A DNA stretch of 64,000 bases from a virus. Below are positions 1 through 11,877 of the stretch, one piece after another. The translations under genes were made by a program, and so were the position numbers. Within the stretch, counting starts at the first letter, position 1. Each line of letters starts with the position of its first letter. The notes under the pieces were generated by a model. That model saw only the letters and a list, made by a program, of their open reading frames with translations. It did not search any database and had not been told where the DNA came from. The stretch covers positions 25,210 through 89,209 of IMG/VR virus record IMGVR_UViG_2922727739_000003; one strand, written 5' to 3'.

Positions 1-272
1 AATGTCGAAGCTGATAAATATGTATATTGCGGTGTAAATTGATTGATTCTATCATTAGATTCGCGAATAATCAAATCAAACAAGTAATCTGCTTTTACTT
101 CTTGCTTAGATACTACTTCTGAGATGATTTTATCTTTCAGCTCTTGTAAGTCATTTTCTTCAAATGATTTGCCACTATCCAGAACGATTTCGTGGAAGAA
201 ACGTTCAAATCTTTCATGATCAAAATCTGATTGCTGGATATAACTTTTTCTGTCTTTTAGTACTTTTGTCAA
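1..272 (-). CDS. nrdA: Ribonucleotide reductase class I alpha subunit, N-terminal ATP-cone-like part (runs off the left edge)
   Basis: Manually translated from TTG at 272 behind SD AGGAGG: MTKVLKDRKSYIQQSDFDHERFERFF...KADYLFDLIIRESNDRINQFTPQYTYLSAS, open to the window edge. Resembles the N-terminus of Bacillus-type class I large subunits and lies just downstream of nrdD-nrdG. Confidence 0.6.
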   Translation of the reverse strand, partial: MTKVLKDRKSYIQQSDFDHERFERFFHEIVLDSGKSFEENDLQELKDKIISEVVSKQEVKADYLFDLIIRESNDRINQFTPQYTYLSAST

Positions 273-313
273 ATGAACATCTCCTCCTTATGCCCTACCG
301 CCCACCCATTATT

Positions 314-589
314 TTATACTTTCTTTTTATAGAATAGCTTACCTTTCAAGACTCTTATTGAGGCACTTACAAAATATATAGGCCCAAAAAACAACATTAA
401 CAGATATAATATATTCTTAACATTATTTTCTCCGATCATGTTTTCAATACCCCTACTTTCAGATAGCATATCATAATCCTCTTGATTTTCTGGCTTTTTA
501 TTCTTTATAGAACTGTACTCTTTCATCAACCTTTTTCCTATTAGATGACCTATTAAAAAGTACACAACTAACACAACAATAGCAATCAA
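314..589 (-). CDS. Small two-TM membrane protein, unknown function
   Basis: ORF track; hydrophobic N- and C-terminal segments; SD GAGGAG; overlaps the nrdG stop. Confidence 0.6.
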   Translation of the reverse strand: MIAIVVLVVYFLIGHLIGKRLMKEYSSIKNKKPENQEDYDMLSESRGIENMIGENNVKNILYLLMLFFGPIYFVSASIRVLKGKLFYKKKV

Positions 590-1101
590 TATGCATTCTC
601 CTCATTAAATAAAACTATTTCACTTTTCATTAGGCTCTTTTGAACATCGACAACTCTTTGATTGCTGGAACCACGCCATTTTAACATTAAGTCTTTTTTA
701 TCTAATTCAAATTTGCCATCAATTAAAACATCGCAGAGAGATAACATATCTTTTTTTGAGCTATCTTTTAATATTTCTTCAAACGTATAACCCGACCATA
801 TCCAAATTGTCTTATCTTTACACTCATTCTTTACTCGTTTCAAAAGCGGTAGCAGTCCATCAATACTTTGAAATGGTTCACCACCCAATACAGATAATCC
901 AGCCATTTGTACATAATCAATCTTCAAATCATTGATAATCTTATTCTCTAATTCATCTGTATATTTAATTCCATATTGAGAATTCCATGCTGAAGCGTTG
1001 AAGCACCCTCTACAATGATGTGTGCAACCTGATACAAACAACGAATGTCTCAGGCCAATACCATTTATAACATCGAATCTTTTATAATCAGCTATGTACA
1101 T
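586..1101 (-). CDS. nrdG: Anaerobic ribonucleotide reductase activating enzyme (radical SAM)
   Basis: CxxxCxxC (CTHHCRGC), GLSVLGGEP, DVLIDGKF and WRGSSNQR motifs; coupled to nrdD by a TAATG overlap. Confidence 0.95.
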   Translation of the reverse strand: MYIADYKRFDVINGIGLRHSLFVSGCTHHCRGCFNASAWNSQYGIKYTDELENKIINDLKIDYVQMAGLSVLGGEPFQSIDGLLPLLKRVKNECKDKTIWIWSGYTFEEILKDSSKKDMLSLCDVLIDGKFELDKKDLMLKWRGSSNQRVVDVQKSLMKSEIVLFNEENAY

Positions 1102-3296
1102 TAGTTATGTTTCACTCTCGATACAACCTCTTTTTGCTTTCCTTTGTTGAACGGTCTTTGAGATGGTTGGCTCAAGTAACCACAGCAGCGTCTAATGACA
1201 GAGGATGTCTCAGGATCGTTGTTATTGCAATTAGGACATAGAAAGCCTTCATTTGTTGCCTTAAATTCTCCTTCATACCCACATTCACAACACTTGTCTA
1301 CTGGAGTATTTGTTCCAAAGTAAGGTACTCTTTCATATGCAAAATCCCACACAGCTTCTAATGCTTCTGGATTTTTCACTAATGAATCAAATTCACAATA
1401 AGAAATGAATCCACCACTTGCGTATTGAGGGTATTCTTTTTCAAACTCAATCTTTTCGAAAGTAGTCGCCTTTTTGTTAACATCCAAATGAAACGAATTA
1501 GTATAGTATCCTTTATCAGTAATACCTTTTATCGTACCTAATTCTTTTCTATCCAGCTCACAAAAACGATAACACACGGATTCTGCCGGACTGCTGTATA
1601 CGCTAAATCCGTACCCTGTTTCTTCTTTCCATTTGCTTACTTTGTTATTGAGATATTTAACAATGTTCAAACCTTTTTGTCGCATGGCAAATTCATCAAA
1701 TATATGATTATCGAATAATGACAAAACCGTTTCATGTATACCTATGTATCCAAGTGAAATGCTAGCTCTGTCATTTTCCAATAGGCGATCAATAGTATCT
1801 TCTGGTTTCAGTCTAACCCCTGCCGCTCCTTCCATGTAAAGGATTGGTGCAACCTTCGCCTTAACCCCTTTAAGACGATTGATTCTAAACATTAACGCTT
1901 CCTTACAAATCTCTAATTCATCCTCCAATAGATTATAAAACACTGTTTCACTCTTGTTTGCACGAATTGCGATCCGTGGCAGGTTAAGAGTCACTACCCC
2001 CATATTAAATCGTCCATCATGTAGTTCTTCATTATTTTCTATGTATTTACTTAAAAAACTTCTGCACCCCATTGGAAACTTAAATGAACCTGTCACTTCC
2101 TTAACCTTCGGAACCGAAAGAATATCAGGATACATTCTCAGCGTACTACATTTGATTGCCAGTTGCTTAATGTCATAGTTAGGATCTTGAGGTTTCAGAT
2201 TAACTCCTTCTTCTAGTGCAAAAATCAATTTTGGAAATATAGGAGTACTGCCTTCTTTACCCAATCCTCTAATTCGATTTTTAAGAATGGCGATTTGAAT
2301 CTGTCTTTCTTCCCAGCTTGTACCTCTACCAAATCCAAATGTTGAAAAAGGTGTTTGTCCGTTTGCAGACACTAAAGTGTTGATCTCATACTCAAGTGAT
2401 TGGAATGCATCAAATGTTTCTTTTTCTGTCATTTGAATCGCATAATTATATTCTTTTATAAATCTGGTCTTGAAGATTGAACTTTCTGGATACACTTGGC
2501 TTTCAAGTATATGATCGTTTGGATTACCCTCAAACCATTTCATTCCCACTCTAAAATGCTTGATGAATGAAGCCCTAACATATGGAGCCAAAATCTTATC
2601 TATTTCGTTGATAGTATTTCCTCCATAAATATGACTGGCTACCTGAGCAATGATTTGTGCCGTAACTGCCGCTGCCGTTGTAATTGACTTTGGAGTTTCA
2701 ATTTTAGCATTTCCAAGCTTAAATCCATTTTCCAACATTTCACGCAAGTCAATTAACATACAATTGAACATTGGGAAATATGGTGAATAATCTTGATCGT
2801 GAAAATGTAAATCTCCTCTATTGTGAGCTTCAACAACTCGTTTTGACATCATATAAGCTTGAGCATAATCCTTTGCCATAATACCTGCTAAAAGATCTCG
2901 TTGTGTGGGAATAGTTTGTCCATCTTTGTTTGAGTTTTCTTTTAGTACTTCTTCGTTGGACATATCGAGCAACCCAGATACTTTTTTATCGAGACTGCTT
3001 CTTTCTCTTCGTTTCAGATTCCGTACTTCTCGATACCCTATGTACTCTTTGGCTATATCTTTTCTCTCGCTTTGCATAAGAACATCTACTACTGCATCTT
3101 GGATAACTTCAATATCTACGTTAGAAACATTATTAAGCATTTCAACAACTTCTTTGGTGATATTGGCTGCTAATTGCTTATCGATACCTTTTTTTGTTCT
3201 ATTCATTGCTTTGAAAATAGCCTCAACTATTTTTTGTTGATTGAACGCAACAACTGAACCATCTCTTTTAATAACTTGCGTATGTATCATCTCCAT
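1101..3296 (-). CDS. nrdD: Anaerobic (class III) ribonucleoside-triphosphate reductase
   Basis: N-terminal ATP cone (VIKRDGS), PMGCRSFL finger loop, YYTNSFH, C-terminal Zn-binding Cys pairs and glycyl-radical loop RRCCGYL; 731 aa, uninterrupted. Confidence 0.97.
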   Translation of the reverse strand: MEMIHTQVIKRDGSVVAFNQQKIVEAIFKAMNRTKKGIDKQLAANITKEVVEMLNNVSNVDIEVIQDAVVDVLMQSERKDIAKEYIGYREVRNLKRRERSSLDKKVSGLLDMSNEEVLKENSNKDGQTIPTQRDLLAGIMAKDYAQAYMMSKRVVEAHNRGDLHFHDQDYSPYFPMFNCMLIDLREMLENGFKLGNAKIETPKSITTAAAVTAQIIAQVASHIYGGNTINEIDKILAPYVRASFIKHFRVGMKWFEGNPNDHILESQVYPESSIFKTRFIKEYNYAIQMTEKETFDAFQSLEYEINTLVSANGQTPFSTFGFGRGTSWEERQIQIAILKNRIRGLGKEGSTPIFPKLIFALEEGVNLKPQDPNYDIKQLAIKCSTLRMYPDILSVPKVKEVTGSFKFPMGCRSFLSKYIENNEELHDGRFNMGVVTLNLPRIAIRANKSETVFYNLLEDELEICKEALMFRINRLKGVKAKVAPILYMEGAAGVRLKPEDTIDRLLENDRASISLGYIGIHETVLSLFDNHIFDEFAMRQKGLNIVKYLNNKVSKWKEETGYGFSVYSSPAESVCYRFCELDRKELGTIKGITDKGYYTNSFHLDVNKKATTFEKIEFEKEYPQYASGGFISYCEFDSLVKNPEALEAVWDFAYERVPYFGTNTPVDKCCECGYEGEFKATNEGFLCPNCNNNDPETSSVIRRCCGYLSQPSQRPFNKGKQKEVVSRVKHN

Positions 3297-3338
3297 TTAT
3301 TCTGCATAAAAGAACTGTTTTATCTAAAATGCTATGTA

Positions 3339-3793
3339 TTACTTCTCAATATGAAGCTTGAATATGTCGCCTTCTTCATTAAATTCTTTTATCTCAAATA
3401 CATAATCAAACTCATCTGCATCGCCAATATAAGAATGGTTGAAGTTATAAGCACTTACAATACTGCACTTTGGCATTTCATATTGTACTAGAATATCTTC
3501 TTGATTTTCTTGTTTTCTATAAAACCCTTCAGCTATAAGTTGACAACCCTACGATTAAAAACTATAGTTTCGCAATTTTGAGTTTTACTAAAGAACTTAT
3601 CATAATCTGACTTCGTGTCTTCCGATTTATTTAGAAACTTGAGCATGTCGCCATTCAACAGAGCGTCTCTAACTCTGATCGTTCTATTTACTACACTTAT
3701 GCTCCCCTTTTTTAAGGAACTAATAGTTGAAATAAAATTCCCAGCCTCATCAAACACATGTAGCTCAATAATATCTCTAACACCATAATTCAT
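3339..3793 (-). pseudogene. Frameshifted gene, possibly a tail-tube-like paralogue
   Basis: MNYGVRDII...DALLN...FNRR stops at 3533, but coding continues in another frame (CQLIAEGFYRKQENQEDILVQYEMPKC...FDYVFEI...HIEK*) to 3339. The 455 nt span is one base short of a multiple of 3. Confidence 0.5.
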
Positions 3794-6088
3794 GTTTCCT
3801 TGCCTCCTCATTTTCCAGTCTATGATTTAGATAATTATATAATTCATTTACAATCCGGCAGTTTCTAAATTCCTCTACTCTTTCTCCTAGTAAGGCTCTA
3901 ACCACTAGCCACCAGTTATCTAAATACTCTCGATCTTTATCTCTCTTTAGATATAATGTATCAGCAGCAATAGTCAAAGCTTCGACTTCACGAGGCAACA
4001 TATCCTCAACAATAAATCTCTTCAATTCATCATTCATATATTAAGTTGTCCTCTTTTATGTATTTTTGTTTGATGCCACTTTATCAAATTCTCTCCAAGC
4101 GTCTTTCCAAATCTGCTCCTTTAGTTGATCATACTTGTCAAAGTCCTTTTTGCTCAAAAACTGTTTGAGTTTCTTCTTTATATAATTATCTTCATGTAGC
4201 TTCTTTTCTTGCTCTGTGTCTACATCACACATAAAACAATTAACGAGTATTTCAGCCAATTCATCACTTACGTCCATTTTTTTCAATCCACTTCTTGATA
4301 TTTATATGCCCCATCCGTTCATTTATAAAATCTATCTTATCTCTTTGAGCTTTTTCTAAACTGATTCGTGCTTTTGTTAAACTATCAAGACTCTTATTCA
4401 GTCTTTCTATCGATTTATTTAACTTAGCAACATTTCTTAATAGCTCAGTGGTTTCTTTACCCATTACTCATCACACCTTCGAGGATATGTACCATCAGGA
4501 TAAGCTATTGAAGCTACAAATAACAAGTGGTGAATTGTACCGCTTATCTGTTCCGTTTTGCTCACCTCCTTCTTTATTATAATTTCATTATATTCATTTA
4601 TAAACAATAAGTCAATTGTATTTTAATTATTTATTTATTTTAGTCTTCTGTATGTATAAGGTACATTTTATCCAAAATCATTGAAATCTTGAATACAGTA
4701 ATTCAATTTTGAATTTAAATCATTGTATTGTTTTAAATATTTAAATAATTCCTCACCCATACGACTGTCAACAACATAAATATTGTCTGGATTTGATTTT
4801 GTACAGATATTCTTTATGTTCTCAAATATCTGTGGATACCTATAATCCCTTGTATTGTAGGTTATTCTCTTAAAAATTCTCTTTTCATTATTCCAAAGTA
4901 TAATTCTCGTTTCGGAATATCTTTCAATATCAAAACCAACATCTATAAATAGATTACTCATTTATTCCCCCCTTAGTTAAATGTTTCATTTTACATTCCT
5001 TCATTGTTCACTATAAAATTTGACTTTTACAATGTCTATTCTTGCGATATGTATCCTGTTACTTCTCCAACCTCATTTATTTCAATTCTAATTAACAATA
5101 GCTTTTTGATGACTTGTGATCTGAATTTTAAGCCATCGCCATATTCGTCAAAAATAATGCGTGACGGTCTTTTATGTATAACTTGCAACACTACTTCATT
5201 CGCGATGTCTTCATAGTTTGATCCTTTGATATAATGTGGCATTCTATATATTCCTAGGTCAATATCTATTTTCTGTATAGTGGCTCTATCTGGATACCTC
5301 TCCACTCCAATTACCCACAACATTTTAATCCTCCTCTTAATGAAAGTGGCTTTATATTCTACGTCAAATTGCCTAAGCGTTTACTATATCTTTCTTCTCA
5401 ATACCTGTTGTGTTGATTCCATAAGTACCTCAATCTCTTTGTCTAGAGTTTTCTTATTCTTGCTCCAATCTTCCCACTTTTGCTGCGCTTCTTTCTGTTG
5501 GTGCTGTTCATACATTTTTAGAATCTCTTTATACGCTGCCAATCTGCCAACCTTTTTACCGTGAGAATATCCCAGCTCATAGCAATCGTCAAAATTGCCT
5601 CCAGACCATTCACTTGGGTCAAAATCCTCTTCCATTTCTGCATTAAGTGAATCCACAACTTCTTGTAAGCCCATTGTTGTCTTCTTTAAATCCTCAATAA
5701 TCACCTATTTATCACCTTCGTCCTTATTTCGATGACAATAATCACAAACTGTATTTTCTTCTTCGATGGAATGCATTTCTTCTCCATTAAGCCTATCTCC
5801 ACAAACTTTACACTCATATCTGATATAATGGAGTGGATTATAACCTGACCATGTTTGACCCAGATGTTTTGCTACTTGTTCGACAGCAGATGGATCGATA
5901 TTAATCTTTTCAATTTCTCCCTCTTCAATTGTTCCATAGACTTCGCTGTGTTTACCAAGAATCTCACCAAAGTAAACCTCTTTACCTATTGCGTAATCCA
6001 CTTCTTTTTCTGTGGCTACAAACAACCCCTCAACTTCACCTTGACGACCACAATACCAATTGAACTTATAAAGATATTTATTTTCCAT
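3777..6088 (-). other. Run of short hypothetical phage ORFs (3777-4037, 4056-4286, 4264-4464, 4668-4961, 5036-5323, 5384-5704, 5705-6088)
   Basis: ORF track; co-oriented, tightly packed, SD motifs upstream; no family recognised. Confidence 0.7.
4587..4615 (-). promoter_or_regulatory. SigA-type promoter
   Basis: Minus strand TTGACT-17 bp-TATAAT followed by SD AGGAGGTGA. Confidence 0.8.
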
Positions 6089-6090
6089 TG

Positions 6091-6786
6091 TTACTCCTTC
6101 ATCTCTTTTATGTACAGTCTATAATCTTGTTCTAGCCACACTTTAATTTTCGCAAGTCTTTCGTCTGAAAAGAATGGCTGCTGTGGGTACCATTTCTCAA
6201 AGTCATGAATCCACTTACTAGAATTGCAATTTAAGCATGAAGGAACACAATTGCTTAGATCGTTTACACCTGTATCATCAAAGTGCTCTTTATGGAAGTC
6301 GGACTTTTTATATTCATTCTTCCATTTTCTAAAATGATCTGATTCTGGCATACCACAATATGCACAGCAATTGTTAAAATACTCCTTACACTTTCTCCAT
6401 TCAGATTGACTTATATCATGCTTCTTGCTTTTCCTTTTTTCTCTGTATTCTTTGAGCCTAGACTTATTTGTCTTTATCCACTGTTGATAAGACTTTCCAC
6501 CTCTATACTTTTGATCGTTTTTACGTTTAGTTAATCGCGAAACCTCTTTTGCTCTTTCGGTTCTCTTGTAACCTCGATGTGTTTCTGCATTATCTTTTAC
6601 CCACTTTGAAGATTTGTGTTTAGTACATGTTTTGCAGTAAGGATTAAACCCATCTGTTCCATTTGCTTTGTTTGAATAAAAGTTACCTTTATTCATTGGT
6701 AACCACTTTAAACAAATGCTACATTGCTTATGTATCTGCTCTTCAATAATCTTATGATTTTGTTCGTATGGTACTCTTTTTCCTAT
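6091..6786 (-). CDS. HNH endonuclease with N-terminal Zn ribbon (homing-endonuclease-like); probable ATA start at 6786
   Basis: CAYC...HKEHFDDTGVNDLSNCVPSCLNCNSSK HNH core. The in-frame extension upstream of the track ATG (6696) adds CSIC, which would pair with CKTC. SD AGGAGTG lies 7 nt before ATA, with an in-frame TAA just upstream. Confidence 0.85.
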   Translation of the reverse strand: MGKRVPYEQNHKIIEEQIHKQCSICLKWLPMNKGNFYSNKANGTDGFNPYCKTCTKHKSSKWVKDNAETHRGYKRTERAKEVSRLTKRKNDQKYRGGKSYQQWIKTNKSRLKEYREKRKSKKHDISQSEWRKCKEYFNNCCAYCGMPESDHFRKWKNEYKKSDFHKEHFDDTGVNDLSNCVPSCLNCNSSKWIHDFEKWYPQQPFFSDERLAKIKVWLEQDYRLYIKEMKE

Positions 6787-7134
6787 TTACTTTCACTCCT
6801 TATAAAATCTCACATTTATCATAATTCTTATCACGTTACTCACAAAGTGCAATTTGTACTCATAAAAAAGAAAGTTATCTACGATTTTTTTTGAGTCTAC
6901 AAAATAAAAATGCGTCTTTTTTTTAACTATAAAAACATAGTGGGTGGGAATTTATTTAGAAAGAGGTTTTCAATAATGAGAACACCTACTATTGCAAATA
7001 ATGTCTATCTTTTAGCTTGTACGTATATGTATTTACTAACTAAACAAAATAAGTTTTTTAAATTCCTTTGGGACTGGCGAGAAGTATTTTTCGTGATTAT
7101 TGAGTTTATTGAACTGTTTATCTAACAACTGATT

Positions 7135-7170
7135 AATCTCCCTGTCTACCCACAACAGGGAGATTTTATT
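7135..7170 (+). terminator. Intrinsic terminator hairpin between convergent ORFs
   Basis: aatctccctgt...acagggagatt followed by a T-rich tract. Confidence 0.7.
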
Positions 7171-7191
7171 TTCATCAAATATATCTTTTAC

Positions 7192-10175
7192 CTAAAACAC
7201 AAGACAGTAGAACATGTACCCGAAATAAACGGCCCATACAAAATTTTTAAGAAACGATTTCAGAGTCTGTTTGTGTTCCTTTTCTATATTTTCTCTTGCT
7301 TCGAGCAGCTCATTGTTACTCATGCTCTTATAAATTTTCTTCTTTTTGCTTGTAATAAATGAAATGATCAAATAAAGAATGATTAGAATGCTTGGATACT
7401 TGTAAATGTCATATCCAATTGCATTAATCAAATAAATAATTTCAATAACCGCCAACATGAATAGAATGAACATAGGGAAGCATCCCTTTTTTGCAAATTC
7501 GAGATTAATCTTCTGTTTATCTTCGCCCTGTGCCTCTCTAATGCTAATCAATTCTAAATTTCTATATGTAGTGTAGAAAATACTTCCCTTAAACATTCCA
7601 TAAAAATTAATTGCAAAGAAAACAATTGTCCAAAATATCATATGTATTTAAATTCTCCTATTAATTATTATTTTAAAATCTAATTGTTGTAGGATGTCTT
7701 GTATCGCATTCTTTCCCAATTCTTTGAATTTGGTTCCAGATACTTATATCTTCAGATAGCTTTCTGTTTTTCATATTTTCTAGGTCATATATTTCCCGAT
7801 CAATCTTTGCTCTATCCTTGCGTAGCTTCTCTAAACGTTTGGTTATATCAAGATAATTCATATCATTTAACACGATGAAACGTTCCTCCTTTTCTATCTT
7901 CTCTTTGATTAAGTCCATGATTGTATCTGGTTTTCCTGAACTCCTAGGTAGACGGATATACTTCAAATTCAATCCTCCTAATCTATCATCCCAGTAAAAG
8001 CATTATTTTACGGGCTTCACTTCAAAGATGTCGCTTCCTTTTAATTGATCGTAATCACAAAGATTGTTTTTAATCCATTTCACAAATCTAGTGTCGATTT
8101 TTTCAAATTCTTCAATATCAATATCCATATAATATTCTCCGTCAATTGTTCTGGAGGACTCACCATTTCGAACCATGTCTTCATAAATCTCCTGAGCATT
8201 GAAGTTTTGATCAAAAGTCAAAGCTGAATAATCATCGCCTCTCACATAAAGAAACACACTCTTATTCATTTTAATCTCTCCTCTATGGTAATTTTATTTT
8301 TACAGCGATAACCTTCTCCCATTTATACCCACCAACAATTTTTTTCGATTTTTCATAAAGTTCATCTTCGGACAACCCTTCGTTTTCATACTCATCGAAA
8401 TAGTTATCGCAGATTTCCTCAATTAAACTAATTTCATCGACAGACCGAATATAAACTCTTTCATCGCTATTCCAAATTTCTTCTACTGAAGCTTCTCCCC
8501 ATCCGCCAACCCACCACATATGACCATCATCAGCAACAATTTCTGAATCAACCATAGGTACAATTCTAAGATCAGGATTTTCACAAGCAAGTTCTAGTAA
8601 ATGCTTAATTTGTTCTTGTTGTCTTTCGATTTCTTTAATCATTGTCAATCTCTCCCTTTATGTAAAACCACTATTTTACACTCTCTTCCATCTCTTTGAA
8701 ATAAAATTTAGACCAACATCTATAACAAAGCTTCTTTCCTGTTAATGCTTTTGGAAAAGGAAATACTCTTTCCTCTTCATGTATATCTCTAGTTTCTACA
8801 TTGCACACATCGCAATTATGGTAAACAATTTTCTCAGCACTATAGCTTGGTTCAAATTCTACAGTTACTTCGAACTCTTCCTCACACTCTGAGCATTCCC
8901 AATCCAATTTATTGTCTTTTGATAGTCCGTCACATAGGGCATCTGACATATCGTTCTCACATCCACAATATGGACATTTTACTGTGTTGTAGATATCTAC
9001 ACTCCCCTTCCTGATAAAGCTTGTATTTTATTGTGATTCATACTTGATCTTAAGTTCTTCTAGCTGCTTTCTTTCCTGCTCTTCTCTCCATTTTTGAGCC
9101 TGCAATCTATATTTCTCTTCAATCTTTGCTTTATTGGCTTTGATTTCATCAAATAACTCACTTACATCCATCTTCATACACGTATCATAGTTAATTTCAA
9201 CCTCTACAATTTCGGCATTGATATATGGATCAGTGTTGTTCCATCGATTTGTGAATTGATTTAGGTGGTTTTTAAGATGACCAATATTCGACCACGATTT
9301 ACCTTCTTTATTCCAAAGGTTCATTATGTTGGTTCCACCTCGTGAAAACAGCCCGGTTTCTTTGTTTCTGATTTTAAACACTCTATGTATTTTAGTGCTC
9401 ACTTAGCTCACCCCATTTTTGATTTTTCTGGAGTCAAATTTCAATGGCAATCTGTCGAACCAATCGCCCCCATCATTATAGAATTTATATATTGCATATG
9501 AGATCGATTTAACGTTTCGCACATTTTTCCCATCGTGAAAATCTTCGTTAACTGTATCGGCTATGATCCGAAGAGGAATTTGCTCATCATATAGGCGGTC
9601 AATATCTTCAACTTCCTCTTGATAAAATCTAGTCAACTCACACTCTCCCTTTTTAATCAAACTTGTATTTACATTTACATGCGTTGTTCAATATCTAATA
9701 TGGCTCCTCTTAAATTGTTCTGCACCCTTTGTGATACTGTTTGCCTCTATACTTAAATCTCGCAATAAATGTTTTAATAAGTAGTAACCCTTCATTAACT
9801 CTCTCAACAACTATTACTCCAAATTTAGTCTTCCAGCTAATCTTTCCCACGATATTGGGAATGGAGGCCACCTCTTTAATGAGGCGACCCACTCCAACGT
9901 TACTCTGTTCACATCTTGTTCTAGCATGATCGGACACTTTAATACGCATAAAATCACCGTTTTACAGACTTACGATTCTTGCGTTGTGCTGCAAACTTCG
10001 TGAGTGTTGACCCTTCTTTTTGTCTATTTGCGGCTGGTTTAACAAATTGAAACTTCAGTCCTTCTTTAGTCGCGATTCGTTTTGCCTCTTTTACTGCTCC
10101 AAGACAGTCACTTGGTAGATTGTTGATTACCACGTTTTTGTTTTGTGTATTTACTGCGATTCCGTAAAATTTCAT
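7192..10175 (-). other. Run of short hypothetical ORFs (7192-7641 membrane protein, 7673-7972, 8003-8269, 8283-8648, 8671-8994 Cys-rich Zn-finger protein, 9028-9402, 9403-9660, 9710-9949, 9954-10175)
   Basis: ORF track plus SD motifs; several junctions carry TAAAA-N6-TTTTA. Confidence 0.7.
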
Positions 10176-10205
10176 ATGTATATTTCTCCATTCTTATATG
10201 TATTA

Positions 10206-11852
10206 TTATTTTGGTTGATTTACTTCTTTATAATCTTCAATGAATAGTTGGCAAGTTTTAATGACTTTGTAACTAGGTCTGTACTGCGTCCACTTGTTTA
10301 TATTTAATGTTCCAACCGCTTCGACTTCAGTAAATACAGGTACTTGCTCATAAAATTCTTCGTCTGTTTTAAACTTCATCAACTGCAACTTGCCACAATC
10401 GATTTTTACTGTATTTTTTGTCTTACCCATTAGCTTCTTATCTGAAATAAACAAATCTTTAATTAGAAATTTACCGGGTTTAAAGTTATTGCCTGAGTAC
10501 CTATAGAATTCAGTAAGATAGTTAATCATTTTCTCATCTATCTCTTCGGCATTAAATTCTAAATCATAATACAGTGTGTCATCGGGGATAAAATTGCTCA
10601 GACGATTATTTAGATCATCTTTGAGTATCTGGAGCTTTTCTTTTTTCAATCCAACCCCACCTGCACCGGGATGTCCACCAGTATATTCAACACCTTGGCA
10701 GCGTTCCAGTAGCTCCTGCATTGAGAAATCTTCTAATCCTCGAAAACTCCCGGCATATGTATCTTTGTCATCACCAACTCCGAGAACAATTGCTGGCCTA
10801 TTAAATTTTTTTGATAACTCTTGTGCTACCAACCCATTCATTCCTTTTCCAATAGACGGATCATAGACAATAGCAACTTTATCGCTTTCACTGATGCTGT
10901 CTTTATGTCTTTCAAGTGCTTTAGCTTGTACGAGCTTCCTATACTCATTTAACTTAATTAGCTCTTTTACATACTTCTTTGTTTCAGGTGTTACCTTATC
11001 ACACATGAGAAAATCAATTGCTAACTTGATATTGTCAACTCTAGTTGCGGCGGTTACGGCTGGACTTACACCATACAGAAAATCGGATGAAGTGAGATTT
11101 TTAAGATCTGAATTCATGGCTTCAAACAAGAGTTTTAAACCCTCATGACGCAATCCTTTAAGTGACAACTTAGCATAATACCTATTTTCCATTTCCATCA
11201 TGGACATCATATCTGCCATTAAAGCAAATCCCGGTAAATCACTTAGTTCTAAGGTAAATGATGTGTCCATATAGTCACCCAGCACTTGACACACCTTGAA
11301 CACTAGCAGTCCACCTGAAGCATTTTTATTTGGATACTTGCATTCTGGTTGTTGCGGATTAACCAAGATGCAATAGGGATTGTATACATCGACTGTATGG
11401 TGGTCGATAACAAGACAATCAATACCCTTATCTACCAGCTTCTTCAGTGGTTCTACATCATTACTACTACTGTCTACTGCTATGTATAAATCTGTATCAT
11501 CTTCAACTTTATCAACTATATACTCCGAACCGTGACCAACTGACCTCTCAACATGTTTAATGAAAACATTGTTAGTGAAATTAATTAGCCATTTATATAG
11601 AATAACTGCCGAAGTAATGCCATCATAATCCACGTCAGCATAAATAATTATCTTTTCATTGTTTTTGATTGCTTTAATGATCCTCGATACCAGAGCATCG
11701 ATGTTCTTTAACAAGTATGGACTGTGAACAACATTAGGTAGTGGATTTAGAAATTGATCTATATCTTCAATTCCATTAATCTTAGCGAGTTTACTGTATG
11801 TATTGTCATAAGGCTCAAACGGAATTTTGGGTTGCTTTTGCTTCCAGACTAT
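10206..11852 (-). CDS. recJ: RecJ-like ssDNA exonuclease (DHH family, SPbeta YorK-like); probable ATA start at 11852
   Basis: YADVDYDG, VIDHH, ADMM and GHPGAGG (DHHA1) motifs. A 46-codon in-frame extension beyond the track TTG encodes the usual RecJ N-terminus (…GIEDIDQFLNP…HSPYLL). Confidence 0.9.
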   Translation of the reverse strand: MVWKQKQPKIPFEPYDNTYSKLAKINGIEDIDQFLNPLPNVVHSPYLLKNIDALVSRIIKAIKNNEKIIIYADVDYDGITSAVILYKWLINFTNNVFIKHVERSVGHGSEYIVDKVEDDTDLYIAVDSSSNDVEPLKKLVDKGIDCLVIDHHTVDVYNPYCILVNPQQPECKYPNKNASGGLLVFKVCQVLGDYMDTSFTLELSDLPGFALMADMMSMMEMENRYYAKLSLKGLRHEGLKLLFEAMNSDLKNLTSSDFLYGVSPAVTAATRVDNIKLAIDFLMCDKVTPETKKYVKELIKLNEYRKLVQAKALERHKDSISESDKVAIVYDPSIGKGMNGLVAQELSKKFNRPAIVLGVGDDKDTYAGSFRGLEDFSMQELLERCQGVEYTGGHPGAGGVGLKKEKLQILKDDLNNRLSNFIPDDTLYYDLEFNAEEIDEKMINYLTEFYRYSGNNFKPGKFLIKDLFISDKKLMGKTKNTVKIDCGKLQLMKFKTDEEFYEQVPVFTEVEAVGTLNINKWTQYRPSYKVIKTCQLFIEDYKEVNQPK

Positions 11853-11877
11853 GATTTAATCACTCCTTGATACTTCT

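Noticed and set aside
1101-3296. Group I intron or intein in nrdD
   Set aside because: The ORF is continuous at normal length with no intein N- or C-terminal motifs.
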